A stretch of 64,000 nt of DNA. Origin: Selaginella moellendorffii (Eukaryota; Plantae; Lycopodiophyta). Below, piece after piece: positions 27,560-38,891 of this stretch. The stretch spans positions 3,160,607 through 3,224,606 of the forward strand of contig NW_003314266.1 of assembly GCF_000143415.4 (NCBI RefSeq). Reading direction: 5' to 3'. Under the pieces are notes generated by a model. That model was not told the origin of the DNA, made no database searches, and saw only the letters and a program-made list of their open reading frames with translations. A program made the translations under genes and the position numbers. The first letter of the stretch is position 1, and every line of letters starts with the position of its first letter.

Positions 27560-28419
27560 GGGGGATGGTCCAAAGTTGAGTTGAGCTCAATTCAGCTCAA
27601 GTCAATGCCAGTCAATATAGTCAGCCATAAGTTTTATAAGGAAATATTAAGTCAGAAAAATGTTATTCTTTGGTGAACTTGAAATTTATGAATTTAAGTA
27701 TCAATGGTTTTGAGAGATTTCTATTTTTTGAATCTTTCTAATGCAGTTTATACAATTTCTAGAATTAAAAGTTTGTCTGAACCAATAGAAATTTTTGGGC
27801 TTTATTGGTCCCAAATAAAATGGGAATATTGAAGTTCGAATGAACCTAAAATTTCTATTGTACATTTCAACATTTTAACATTTCAACAATTGACCAGAAA
27901 TATATAAATAATTCAAAACACTGATTCACTTGTTCATTCTTTAGGGTTTACAGGGATGGGAAACAAGGAAGACAAAAAATTCTGTAAGTAGTTCTAGCAT
28001 ACAGAAATGTGAGAATGTTAATTTTGTTTCACTACCACAATCTCCATATTACATGCCTGGTCCTTACTACCCATCCGGGAATGTGGAGACCATGGTCACT
28101 ATTGATAAAAATGCTCTTGTTACTTCCGAAACAACAATCCAGAGCAAGAGAAAAGAAGAAATGGACATCACAGCGGAAAACACTAATAAATCCACTCTAT
28201 AAACCTTTCAATGGCTTTTGTAATCCACTAAAATATTATAAAAAAAAGTAAGTTTTTTATATATATCTTATTCCTTTTGATATGTTTTGTCTTTGCAAAG
28301 ATATATGATGTGGACAAATCAAAGAATTAAATCTATATATGATTTTAGGATTGAAAGGTATTCTTGCAAAAAGGCATACGCGCGTGCCTGTGTATATTTG
28401 CCATTATTATATATGGCAG

Positions 28420-28502
28420 AAGCTAAAAACTAGCATATAATTAATATGTAGCCTGCCATATAAAATAAGGCTACATATTAATTATATGCTAGTTTTTAGC
28501 TT
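28420..28502. repeat. Perfect 35-bp inverted repeat with 13-nt spacer
   Basis: aagctaaaaactagcatataattaatatgtagcct (28420-54) and its exact reverse complement (28468-502). Confidence 0.95.
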
Positions 28503-28674
28503 TTGAAACCCTATAGTCACTTGTCTCTCATAGTAGGTTGTAATTACTAAGACTAACAATTCTCATTCAATATAGTGTCATGTCATAATAAAACATCATT
28601 CTCGATATTGAAATATAGTATATTAATTAGAGAATTCTTATTGCTAGGAAGTTTAATTCTTCTTGTGTGTTGCA

Positions 28675-29229
28675 ATGGTTAGGAAGAAGTTTACTTTTGG
28701 TCCCGGAAGCCTCTCATATGAGTCTTCACCTCCATCTCCAATCTCAACCAATAATCCACTTTCACCTCTATGCAACAATCCTCCTTTTTATTTTGAGGGC
28801 TGTTGTGAGGCTCTTCCATTTGCGACCTCAAGTGCAACTGAACAAGAACTCCTTCCTTATGATGTTGTTAAAAAAGTTGGATTGCCTCCAATGCTTCAAA
28901 AGCGATGTCAATATTTTCTTCAAGATCTTGCTCCAGATATGGCAGGGGAGCTTAATGTAGATACATATTATCTTCAGTGTCCTATATGCAACTTTTATTT
29001 AAACAAGACAGATAGTTGCATGGGTTTGGTAAATTTTATTGAGCATTGTCGCAAATGCCCAAGAGTGGGTTTGAAAGATGTGCATGCGTGGATATATAAG
29101 AAAATCAAAAAAGAATTAAAAACACACAGCTATTATGATTTCATGGTGGAGAACAATATTCCATTAGTGAACACTGCATCAGTAAGTGCTGAATATGGGA
29201 TATTTAGGCCACCCTTTAATGTAATGTGA
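28675..29229 (+). CDS. Small C2HC zinc-finger-like protein (184 aa), copy 1
   Basis: Intact ORF with CPIC-x17-HCRKC; strong paralogy to 29488-30036. Confidence 0.7.
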   Translation: MVRKKFTFGPGSLSYESSPPSPISTNNPLSPLCNNPPFYFEGCCEALPFATSSATEQELLPYDVVKKVGLPPMLQKRCQYFLQDLAPDMAGELNVDTYYLQCPICNFYLNKTDSCMGLVNFIEHCRKCPRVGLKDVHAWIYKKIKKELKTHSYYDFMVENNIPLVNTASVSAEYGIFRPPFNVM

Positions 29230-29487
29230 AAGTCATGCATAGTTTTTTCAAAAGTTTAATTCTTTATGAGTAAAGTGAAGAATCTTATATTTTTAAGAAT
29301 GATATTATTCTAGCATGTATAAAGATATTATTATATATACAAGTGGTTCTGACACTGTTATAATTCTAAAGTCCCATTTTTGAGACTGACAATTTAAACT
29401 TTTAAGAACCCCTAGATCTTTTCTTAGTATAAATACCAACAAGGGATGCTTTCAACATTGAAATTTCAATTTGTTTAGAATGTAAGA

Positions 29488-30036
29488 ATGGCTAGGGAAA
29501 ATGCTATTGCTACTCACACTTGGCCCTTATGCATTTCATATGAATCTCCACCTCCATCTCCAACTTTTACCAACATTCCACCCTTCCCTCCATACAACAA
29601 TCGTTGTGAGGCTTTTTCTTTTGTAGCCCCAAGTGTGACTGAACAAGAGATCCCTCTTCTAGATAATGTTCTAGATGTTGCTACTAAAGATGGATTGCCT
29701 CATGTGCTTCAAAAACGATGCTAGATGTTTCTTCAAGATCTTGCTCCCGATATGGCTGAAACTTTTGAAAGAATGAACACATATTATCTCCAATGTCCCA
29801 TCTGCTACTTTTATTTAGATAAAACGGAAGGCTGTATGGGTCTAGAAACTTTTCTAGAACACTATCACAACTGCCCAAGAACTGGTGTGGAAGGCGTGCA
29901 TAAATGGATGTATAAGAAAATCAAGAAAGAGTTAAGAACACACAATCATTATCATTTCATGGTGAGGAACAATATTCCGTTAATAAATCCTACATCCATA
30001 AGTGATGAACATGGTATTTTTATGCCATCCTACTGA
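29488..30036 (+). pseudogene. Tandem paralogue of the zinc-finger gene, single TAG at 29722
   Basis: YESPPPSP, LQKRC*xFLQDLAPDMA, CPIC...HYHNC, YKKIKKEL; TATAAATA at ~29428. Confidence 0.75.
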
Positions 30037-30465
30037 AAATTCCAGCCACTAATAATTCTTACACTGTGATATTATCCATCCCCCCCTCCTTTCGCCTTTC
30101 TTTTATTAACAAAATTGTATTACCTATAGATAATAAACTGATAATACTAGTAATTATGAAATTTGACATATTGACACTGTAACTTTGTCATCTCTGACAC
30201 TGACATTGTCTCTGTCATTGACACTATCACTGTCGCTATCTGCTGCACTGACACTGTCAGTGTCACAATCATTATCACATTGACATGTGACACATCTTTC
30301 TCATTGCAAGTGGATGCATTCAATTGTCTTTTAATGTATCATTAATAAATAGATTTTTCATACCACTCCTCAATTTACACATTGCATATGATGTGCCATG
30401 CATACCTAGGAAGACTTCTAGAAAACTAAATATATATTATTTATAAGTTTTTAAAACATCATAAA

Positions 30466-33400
30466 TTACCTCCTAGAAGCAATTGATAGAGAAGGACAAA
30501 AACCTCGAAGACAGCGCTTGAAGAACTCATATTCTTCAATCGCAAACACCGATCTACCAGAGTCACGTGTTGCTTCGACCATCGAACCACTACCTGCTGT
30601 GCAATCGATGACAACACCCCTAGTTGGGCAATAAAGCACAAGTAGGATATGCATCGCCGATGGAGATCGGAACCGATACCTAGACAATGTGTTGTGGATG
30701 TTGTCGTCTACGAGATTTGTTATGATGTCAGTAAAGCTATCATACCCTGGCAAAACCCTTGTAGCACACTCGCTATCACGAAAACCGTCATTTTCTCTTC
30801 TGCAGAACACATGGTAGGTCCACATCATAACCTGAATAATAAAACTTTAGAGACAACCAAAACAGAAGATGATTTCTTACCTTCTCTGGCGTCTTTGGTC
30901 TCGACCCCAACACTATCCAAGATGCATCCGGAAGAGAACCTCTTGAAGTTGACTCGACTTGCATACCTCATAAAGTAGGACATCCAATGGGGGTCATTTG
31001 GGAGAATGAAGGCAACTTGACCGGTTGTGTGAAGGAGAATTGCTGCCAAAAGGAATGCATCCTTCAAGTGGTTTTTAGTCAGGTTGTTCCAGTTTGGGAC
31101 ATCACCATTAGCGACTGGAAGACCATCTGGCATGTCAAAGAGCATGAAGTTTGTGCTCTTGAGCGGTCGCCTATGGATCTTCTGACAAAAGCGCTCCCAC
31201 TTTTGCCGGATAGCCATATTCTCAACATCCTCTTCAAAAGGTGCCATCAATGAACTATAGGAGCCAATAAAGATCCCAACTTCACCACGGAATGCCACTA
31301 GAGATACAGGGCGAATCTAGGGGAGAACACAAAGATAAGATGTGAATTTAAGAAAAATTTACATACTGTCATGTGGCATGTGGTAGATGTAAGTTCCTCC
31401 AGGTCCTCTTCTCGAGCATCAAGACGAGCTGGAATGAAGTTACTCCCGACAATTTTTGCTACAACCATTTTGAGGAACTAAGAAAAGGAGAGAATTAAGA
31501 GAAATATACCTCAAGAAGTTCCTCGGTTACGGGGAAGTCTTGGACGATCATCATCACTATTGACTAATTCCTCCAGATGTGGATTTGCACGCTTTCGTCA
31601 AGGTAGAACTTCTTAGACGTTCTGGTTCTCTTGCTGGACTTCGTTTGGAGGAATTTCTTGCAAGTCGTCACCGCCGTCTTCACTCTCCTCACCATTGGCA
31701 CCAACAGTGTCGACATTCTCATAGCCATCATCTTCGTCATCCGGCACGTCCTCATTGTTGCCTCTTGCAGCCTCTTGGTGGGTTGGTGTATAATCTAGCA
31801 TCTCCAATTCCCAAGGACAAGCTCACTTTATTGCTGCTGAAAACTTCATTGTTGTCGGGTACATGCCTCCATCTCTCACACCATGCCTTAGGAGTCGTGT
31901 GCATACCGGTGTTTCGAGAGGAACACCTCTATATTAGAGATACCTATAATAGAATATAAACAAATTGAGTATAGTTGAGAAATTGTATGTTACCTAAAAG
32001 CCGCTTGACGCATGAAGTAAAGTTGGCCAAGTTGTTTATCAAATGGAGTCATGCTTGTGGCCTTCTTTGGTAGCCAGTCCTCTCTGAGTTTTGTAAGCTC
32101 AGTGGTGATGAAGTCCTTGAATGGAAGTTGCTCAGGATCATCCCCTATGAAAGGCGCTAGAAACATCTCCCCTTCATATACAGTTTGTAAAATGTAGACG
32201 GTCCTCCTCATCATAGTCTCCATCATACTGTCCAAACCTTTTTCTCCTTCCCTGAGTTTGCTATTGAGGTCATTCAGGATGTGTATCTGTTCCTCATATG
32301 TAAGCTTTGACTTTGAGATGTTGTAAATAATCTCATTTGGAGTCTTGCCCACTAAGAAATAACTTTTGTGAGTAACTTTCATGTAAACGCAAACAATACT
32401 TACTTTCATGACAAGCAATCTCTGTTATAATATCAAACCACTCCTTTGGGCGTTGAGGGTCAGCCACACTAAGTAATTTCTTTACCTTTGTCTTCTTTGT
32501 GTTGTTGATTTTCTTGTCAATTGCAGCTAAATGCTCCAAGAGTTCTTGATCATTTTCAGCTCGATGCGACTGTGCATATGCATCTTGCTTAACCTTCACC
32601 AATGGCTGAAGACAACACAAACATTCTATGATAAGAAGTATACTTGGAAGAACATACCTTACTCCACACAGCTGTCATAAAAGCCACTAGATTCTTGTAC
32701 CATCTATTGGCATCTTGACGACCTCGTTGATGCCGAATAAGTGATGCTAAATCATCACCATAGTGGCTGCGGACTGCATCCTCATCGAGATTGGCAAGAA
32801 ACCGGATCTTCTCGATATCATGTACTAGGCTTTGTTTCTGCATTGCAAACTGTCCCAACCTGCAAAACACAAATTGTTAAAAGTGATTGAAGAAGGAGAG
32901 GTACTTACGCATTAATTTTGTGGCAAGCTATTATAAGCCTTGCCACATCTAGAGATCCTCTCACATGTACATGTCCAACCGGAACATTGATGTGATAGAC
33001 AGGATCGTCTTGGAAGCATTCATTGATGCACTTCATCCACACACACCAGCGACGATTCCCGTTGATAATGTAGAACATTTTCCCCACAAATTGTTGAGTC
33101 TCAGGATGGCTCATAAGCATGTTGTCAAATTCATGGGACTTCATTTTCCAAATCTCATCCCAAACCCTCTCGATTTCCGGTGATACCGAGAGGGTATTTG
33201 TCGTTCCTGGCTTGAAGACCAAAACAAGGAACATACCTATATTTGTCCCAAGGCCATTCTGTTTGGACAGACTATAGATGTCCATGTTGACGAAGTGCGG
33301 TGAAGCAGACCAAATGATGCTTGTCTGAGTGAATTGACATAGTGGGATTTCTCGGATCATGTCTCCCAAGCCTTCCCACTTGAGAGACTCTAGAGTTGTG

Positions 33401-33912
33401 TGAATGGCCTTCTCTTTAGTTCTCAAAATTGTCTCTTGGAAGCGCTTGTCGATAATGTGTTCAGGTAGCTCCACTTCTCTTTCAACTTCAGCTACACCTC
33501 CAGTAGCACCATTATCAGATCTAGCCCCTAGCTCGGGCCTAACACCCCCGTCAGGCGCACTTGGGCACTGCTCTGTAATATAGCTAGTTTCTGCCATATT
33601 TTGCGAACATGTTAAGATAAGTGACATTTGTGGTTGTGGATGCAATGGTAGTGATGTTGCTGGTGGTGATGATGGTGGCGGCGGTGGTGGTAATAATGGC
33701 AATGATGGCGGTGGTGGTAATGGTGGTGATGATGGTGGAAGTGGCAATGGTGGTGAAGGTGGTGGTGGTGGCATTGATGGCAGTGGTGGCAAAAATGGGG
33801 GTGCATGTGGACTGGAGCTATCTGGTTGCGAAGGCGGAAGAGTTGTCGCTGTGGAAATCTCTATCTGAAGGTCAACTTGATTGTCGTCCTGAATCTCATA
33901 CCTAACTTTCAT
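30466..33912 (-). pseudogene. Eight-exon ParB/Srx-like domain + acidic linker + beta-class amino DNA methyltransferase fusion
   Basis: Exons 33912-32909, 32859-32658, 32605-32404, 32351-31994, 31943-31510, 31477-31367, 31316-30881, 30831-30466; GT-AG introns of 49-52 nt (one of 32 nt); FYIINGNRRW; FDMPDG; VIDCTAGSGS; stops and frameshifts in exon 5 and at the last junction. Confidence 0.8.
33645..33800. repeat. Degenerate (GGT)n tract encoding a Pro-rich N-terminus on the minus strand
   Basis: ggtggtgatgatggtggcggc repeats. Confidence 0.85.
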
Positions 33913-34664
33913 CACAACCGTTCATCATGGATGCAGTAAATCTTCATTACATTCTGCAAATATTTGCTAGCAATGTACAATTTCTATTTCATCCTAGATT
34001 TGATCACGTGACAAAGTCCTTTTGAGTTGTAATTTAATAATGGAGGTGTGCTCTAATATGACTATGCCATAATGTGGAAATAATGTCACAGACGCATGTG
34101 TTGAATTTATCACAGTACGAAATTATAAATGAGAATTATGTGTTTCTTGCAAGTAATAGCATCTTGTCAGAAAATATAAGATTATTAAATTGTAAGGTGT
34201 TATTTCCAAAGCAATGTATATAGATAATTTACTGTAGGTGATAGATGGTAGTACAAAGATGGAATATATTTAAATGAGTTCAGAAGAATGTGATGATTTC
34301 TGGCATTAATGAAGTACTAAAAATATGTACATTGTTTGGCAACAGTTGGTCGATGGTAGATCCTAGAATAAAATCATTCCTATATTTCATATTATGGCAC
34401 ATGCTTGAGGTGATATTTCTTTCTGTTCTACCAAAAGTTAGTCCATATAATAAATTTGAGCATGTTTTTGAATTCAATGTATACAGACTTTTAATATTGT
34501 ACAACATAGTCCTATATACTTCATACAGAATTTATTATAACAACATTATTCGATGTTAGATCCTCGAATAAAATCGCCCTTTCTTTTCACATAATGGCAT
34601 AGCATATGTTTGAGGTGACATTTCTTTATAAAAGTTCAAAGTTCCAAAACCTAAAGGCAACAAA

Positions 34665-36495
34665 ATGGAGAGTTTCCTTTTGCATTCACCCACCGCTTTC
34701 TTTCTCCTAAAGTCTTATTTCAGAAAGTTTTCTTTGCCGACGTTTCGATCTTTCTTTTTTTTCTATTTCATTGGAGGCTGTGATTCGCAACAACATTGGT
34801 GTAGTTGAATGATCAGAATTTCTTCTTTCGGGTGTAGGTGAAGGTGGACAACATTGGGATTTGCAACATTCCAAGTCGAAGGAGATTTGAGTTTTTGGAT
34901 CTCCAATCAAAGTGCAAGGTTGCAATCCTGCCAAAGTGAATGTGAAGCAAGAGTCGGTCGTTATCATTTCTTCCTCTTCTAGTTCTAGTGGAGATTTTAG
35001 TCCAGTGCAAGCCAAGAATTTCCAAACTCCAACTTCACCGATATTCAAAGTTGTTTGCAATGCTTTCCAGTTTTCCCGCCTCTCTATCGACATGTGTTCC
35101 TTTCTACATAGCCCCGTTAGCGAGCTCCCATCTACATACAATGGCAATATCTTCTTTGAACTACCACCTCTTGTCAACTCAAAATGAAAGGGGATGGAAA
35201 CGAAGTAGGACGTCCACAACTGGTGCAAGATCAAGACCACACATTTCCAGCATTTCGAAGGCACAGTGTCCATGGTTCATTGTGGTGGATATTTGGATTG
35301 TGTGAATAAAGCATGCAATCGAGAGCGCAGTAAAAACTCCACATTTTTTGAAGGATCTGCAACCAATCCTTCCATCTGTGATACCATTGGTGTTGGATTC
35401 AAGTGTCAGTTTTACAAGAATGCTCCATTGTGTCGTGCCATCTACGGGGCCAAGATGTACTATTTTCTTCCACGGGATGGAGAGGCTAGTAGAGTTGCAG
35501 TATATATTAGCACGCACACACATCCAATGCAAGAAGGGATACAAAGGAGTTTAGTCAACCGTTTCAAAGATGCAGTGCAGATAGAAACTATGAGAAATTC
35601 ATCTGCAACTCTGAAGCATATTCAAAAGACAATGCTCAAGGATTTTATCACAAGCACTTTATTTGATCCGGACTACAAGAATACTCAACTGGATGAGACT
35701 AGTTTGCAGGAGTTACTACGACATGTGCAACCTGCAACTAGCCTCAGAAGGTATGAAAATATTATTACATACTTTTTAATAATATCTCTCTTACATTTTG
35801 TTTTATTTAGGATAAAGTCTTGGATGTGTGAATCTCGAGAGGGGAAACTCCAATAATAAATCGACTCAATCCTTGAACTAAAACAGACTTGTCCTTACGA
35901 GTTTATCCATGGGAGTTTATTTCCAGATCAAGTCGTTAGTGAGCAAGAGCGCCCCTTTATTTTCAAAATATCTACCATGGGCCCCGCCTTTGGTGTGGAT
36001 CTTGTTTCCCGAATGGATATATCTGGGTCGAGTGACCTTGCTAATGCATGGGTACATTTTGACCATATGGAGTGGGTGGCAGGTTGGACAACCATGGGAG
36101 CTCATGTGTATGATTCGAGGTAGTTTTTTTTCTCATTATCTTAAAATGGTTTTAAGCATTACCTTTTTCAAAGACTACGTTGTAACTTGACAATTGCAAC
36201 AACAGAGTTTAAAGTACAAGACCAGATGGCTCAAGAAATATTTTGGAAATCCCTCTCCAACATTCTATTGAAGCGGACTGGTAAGCTTGCCAACTTTCGC
36301 AGTTTCATGGCAGATGGGGCTGGGGCTAATTGGAATGGTATCCAAACAGTCTTTGGGAATAATCAACCCCTAGAAGGTCGTGAGAGTATTTGTAAGTTCC
36401 ATTGGGCTTAGAGCCTAAACCAACACTACCACCTTATCAAGCCAGATTTCCAATTAACATTTAAAAAGTTGTGCAAACAATGGCAAGCTACACCT
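34665..36495 (+). pseudogene. MULE/Mutator transposase with GCM-like zinc-binding N-terminal domain, 3'-truncated
   Basis: LPSTYNGNIFFELPP...HNW...CGGYLDCVNKAC...HTHP; VHFDH (D1, 36061); FMADGAGANWNG (D2, 36313); CKFH (36391); introns ~35751-35810 and ~36120-36172; several stops. Confidence 0.85.
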
Positions 36496-37099
36496 ATGAT
36501 ATTACTACTATAAGGACTTCATCAAATTGACTATTATTGATGTTCTTGAAGGACAGAGGAAAGGTTGAGCCAATATGAGAAGCAATAGCAAGAGGTGAGA
36601 GAGCACCAGTTAAGGAGCACCAAGTAAATCTGTACAATTCCTCCATCAGATTATCACTTCCAATTACAAGGTTCCTGGACTCTTCCCTGCCTAGGGTCAC
36701 GACCATTGGGGACAAAGGGAAAAAACAGTTGATCATCATATGTAAGGAAGTGAAGTGAAGAAGAAGAATAAAGGATGCCTCAACAAAGAGTTCCTGCTCT
36801 AGATCGTGTGAACAAGCGGCTTCGAGTATGAAGGGAAGAAAGAGAGCGTCGTCAAGCCACCATCACTGTGGGCAGCGGTTTTACCTTAGAACAAACTCCT
36901 AGACATTCCCTGGGGTGTTTTCACTGGTGCACTGCCCAAACCCATTCTTCAATAAACCTACAGAGTTCGAGCGAGGAGAGCCGAACCAAGTACCACAATT
37001 GAACAATTGGGACTAGACAGCAGCACGATCATTTAGTTAAAATCTTGCTGGATTCCGAGCGGGAGGAGCAAATCCGACGCCAGCAGGACGAGCGGGCAG

Positions 37100-38600
37100 C
37101 CTGCTACGCACGACATCAGGCGCTTTCTACGCCACTTTTGTCTCCTCGCGTAAGACCCTCATCACCAAGCGAGGAGCCTTCTTCCCCACCAGATCTTGAC
37201 GAGGAAGCTTAGGGCGAGTACCAATTGTCCCCACCACCAGCCCCTCCCCCACTCATCTCCGTTTCTACTCCTCCAAGAATGAGCGGCGCTGGTGGATCCT
37301 GAGGTGGACCACCACTGCTGCCGCCACCAATTCCTCCTCTGCCAGGACAGCATTTTACACGCATGAGGTATCCTTCTTTCTCGCCCATTGCGGGCGACGA
37401 TGCAGACGCACATCCCAATTCCTTTGAGACTGTTGGCATTGCCAATCAAGAAGCCGATGAAGCCGATCCCCTTCGGTTCTTCCCTGCTACACTCCAGGAC
37501 GCTGCTCTGGAGTGGTATCTCCAAGCCCAGCATTCTGCACCAGCCAGTATTGCGACCTGGGACCTGCTTCGATCAGCCTTTCTCGCTGCTTTCCAACCCG
37601 TGGGATTCGCACAGCGAGTTAGTGAGGAACTTAACTACATTCGATTGCTGCCAAACGAAAGCTTACAAAGTTTATCATCCGGTTTCGGCGGCTAGTCGCT
37701 AAAAAGGACCCTCCTATCAGGTTCGCTTCTTCACGAACGGCCTGCCTCCCGAATTGGCTTTCTTCACGAAGGGCCAGACCCCCACCACACTTGCTGAGGC
37801 TATTTCCACAGCTTCCAGTTGGGAGCAAGCCCATGTGAGCATGGCTCGCTTCCAGCAGCCTTTCTACTCCGTTCCTTCAGTGCTTGTGGTCCTCCAGTGA
37901 TCCCGCCAACCTTTCCCTCCCTGCAAACATCAGCAGCATCACAGCCATATTCTTTGCTCACTGACCCAGCGACTTTACCTTTTCCTGGAAGTGTTGAGTA
38001 CAGTTGCCTCCAGCAGCCTGTACTTCCTGCCACAGTTACTTCCTTTTCAGCTCTGCCACAGTCGCAAGAAATTTCCAAAGTACGTGATGACTTGGAAACA
38101 CTCACCAAGAAAATGTTCAAGCTTCAGCTTAACTGGATTCAAGGAGTCCAAACACTACCTCAGCCTTTTACTGAACGTGAGAATATTTGGTGTACTCGTT
38201 GCAAGGGATATAGACATTATCCCAGCGAATGCCCAAGCCCTACACCAGCTCGAGTTAAGTGACAGCACTGCAGATGAAATAATCACAGATCAGAGCACTG
38301 CATATATAAACCCCGTACCTCAGCTCAGCCAGCATGTTCCACTGCCCCAAGAAATGACCCAGTGATCGACACACAAGTCGTCCAGCCCTGCTATGGCATG
38401 ATTCATGCCCTCACCGTGGCCCATGCAGCTCCAACTGCACACGCAATGGCACCCAATTCCTCCCTACGGCTACTCAAACGCCAAGCATGGCATCTAGCTG
38501 CAACACCACAGCCCACCCATGCTGCTCCTGCCTTTGCTCCAAGCGCGTACCCTAACGTTGCTCCAAGACCCGCAATCCAGTTTCTCTCCACCCTTGCGAG
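37100..38600 (+). mobile_element. Retrotransposon gag remnant
   Basis: FFPATLQDAALEWY...TWDLLRSAFLAAF (Retrotrans_gag-like); WCTRCKGYRHYPSEC knuckle. Confidence 0.8.
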
Positions 38601-38891
38601 ACCCTAATTCTGGAAATGCCACCTCATTCAGCCACGCTTCACCCAGCGATCAAGAGGATTCAGTTAGCACCGACAAGAAAAAGAAATATCGCCATGTTCT
38701 CAATCTGGAGACACGTCCGTACGCCCATTCTTCTTGTCTTCACTCTATAGGCACTAAATTTAAAATTTAAAGTTTTTGCTTACCTAAACATTGCATCGCC
38801 AATTAGTGTAAGGCAGGGAATGTGAAGCTGGCATTTTGCATTGCCAACTAATATAGAAGTGGAAGTAAGCATCACAAAAAACAAAATTTAC

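Larger units (their letters stand above)
27560..36495. mobile_element. Large MULE/Mutator-like DNA transposon (right end lost) carrying a ParB-methyltransferase gene and two zinc-finger genes
   Basis: Sharp left junction inside gypsy integrase, starting ggggatggtcc; no LTR sequence inside; MULE transposase at right; second TIR and TSD not seen. Confidence 0.65.

Noticed and set aside
30160-30300. TGACA/TGTCA-rich cluster as a binding-site array or extra acidic exon
   Set aside because: Low complexity with more than one open frame; splicing to the MTase could not be established.
33612-33905. Poly-His and poly-Val ORFs
   Set aside because: Alternative frames of the (GGT)n tract; the Pro-rich frame is the one continuous with the ParB exon.
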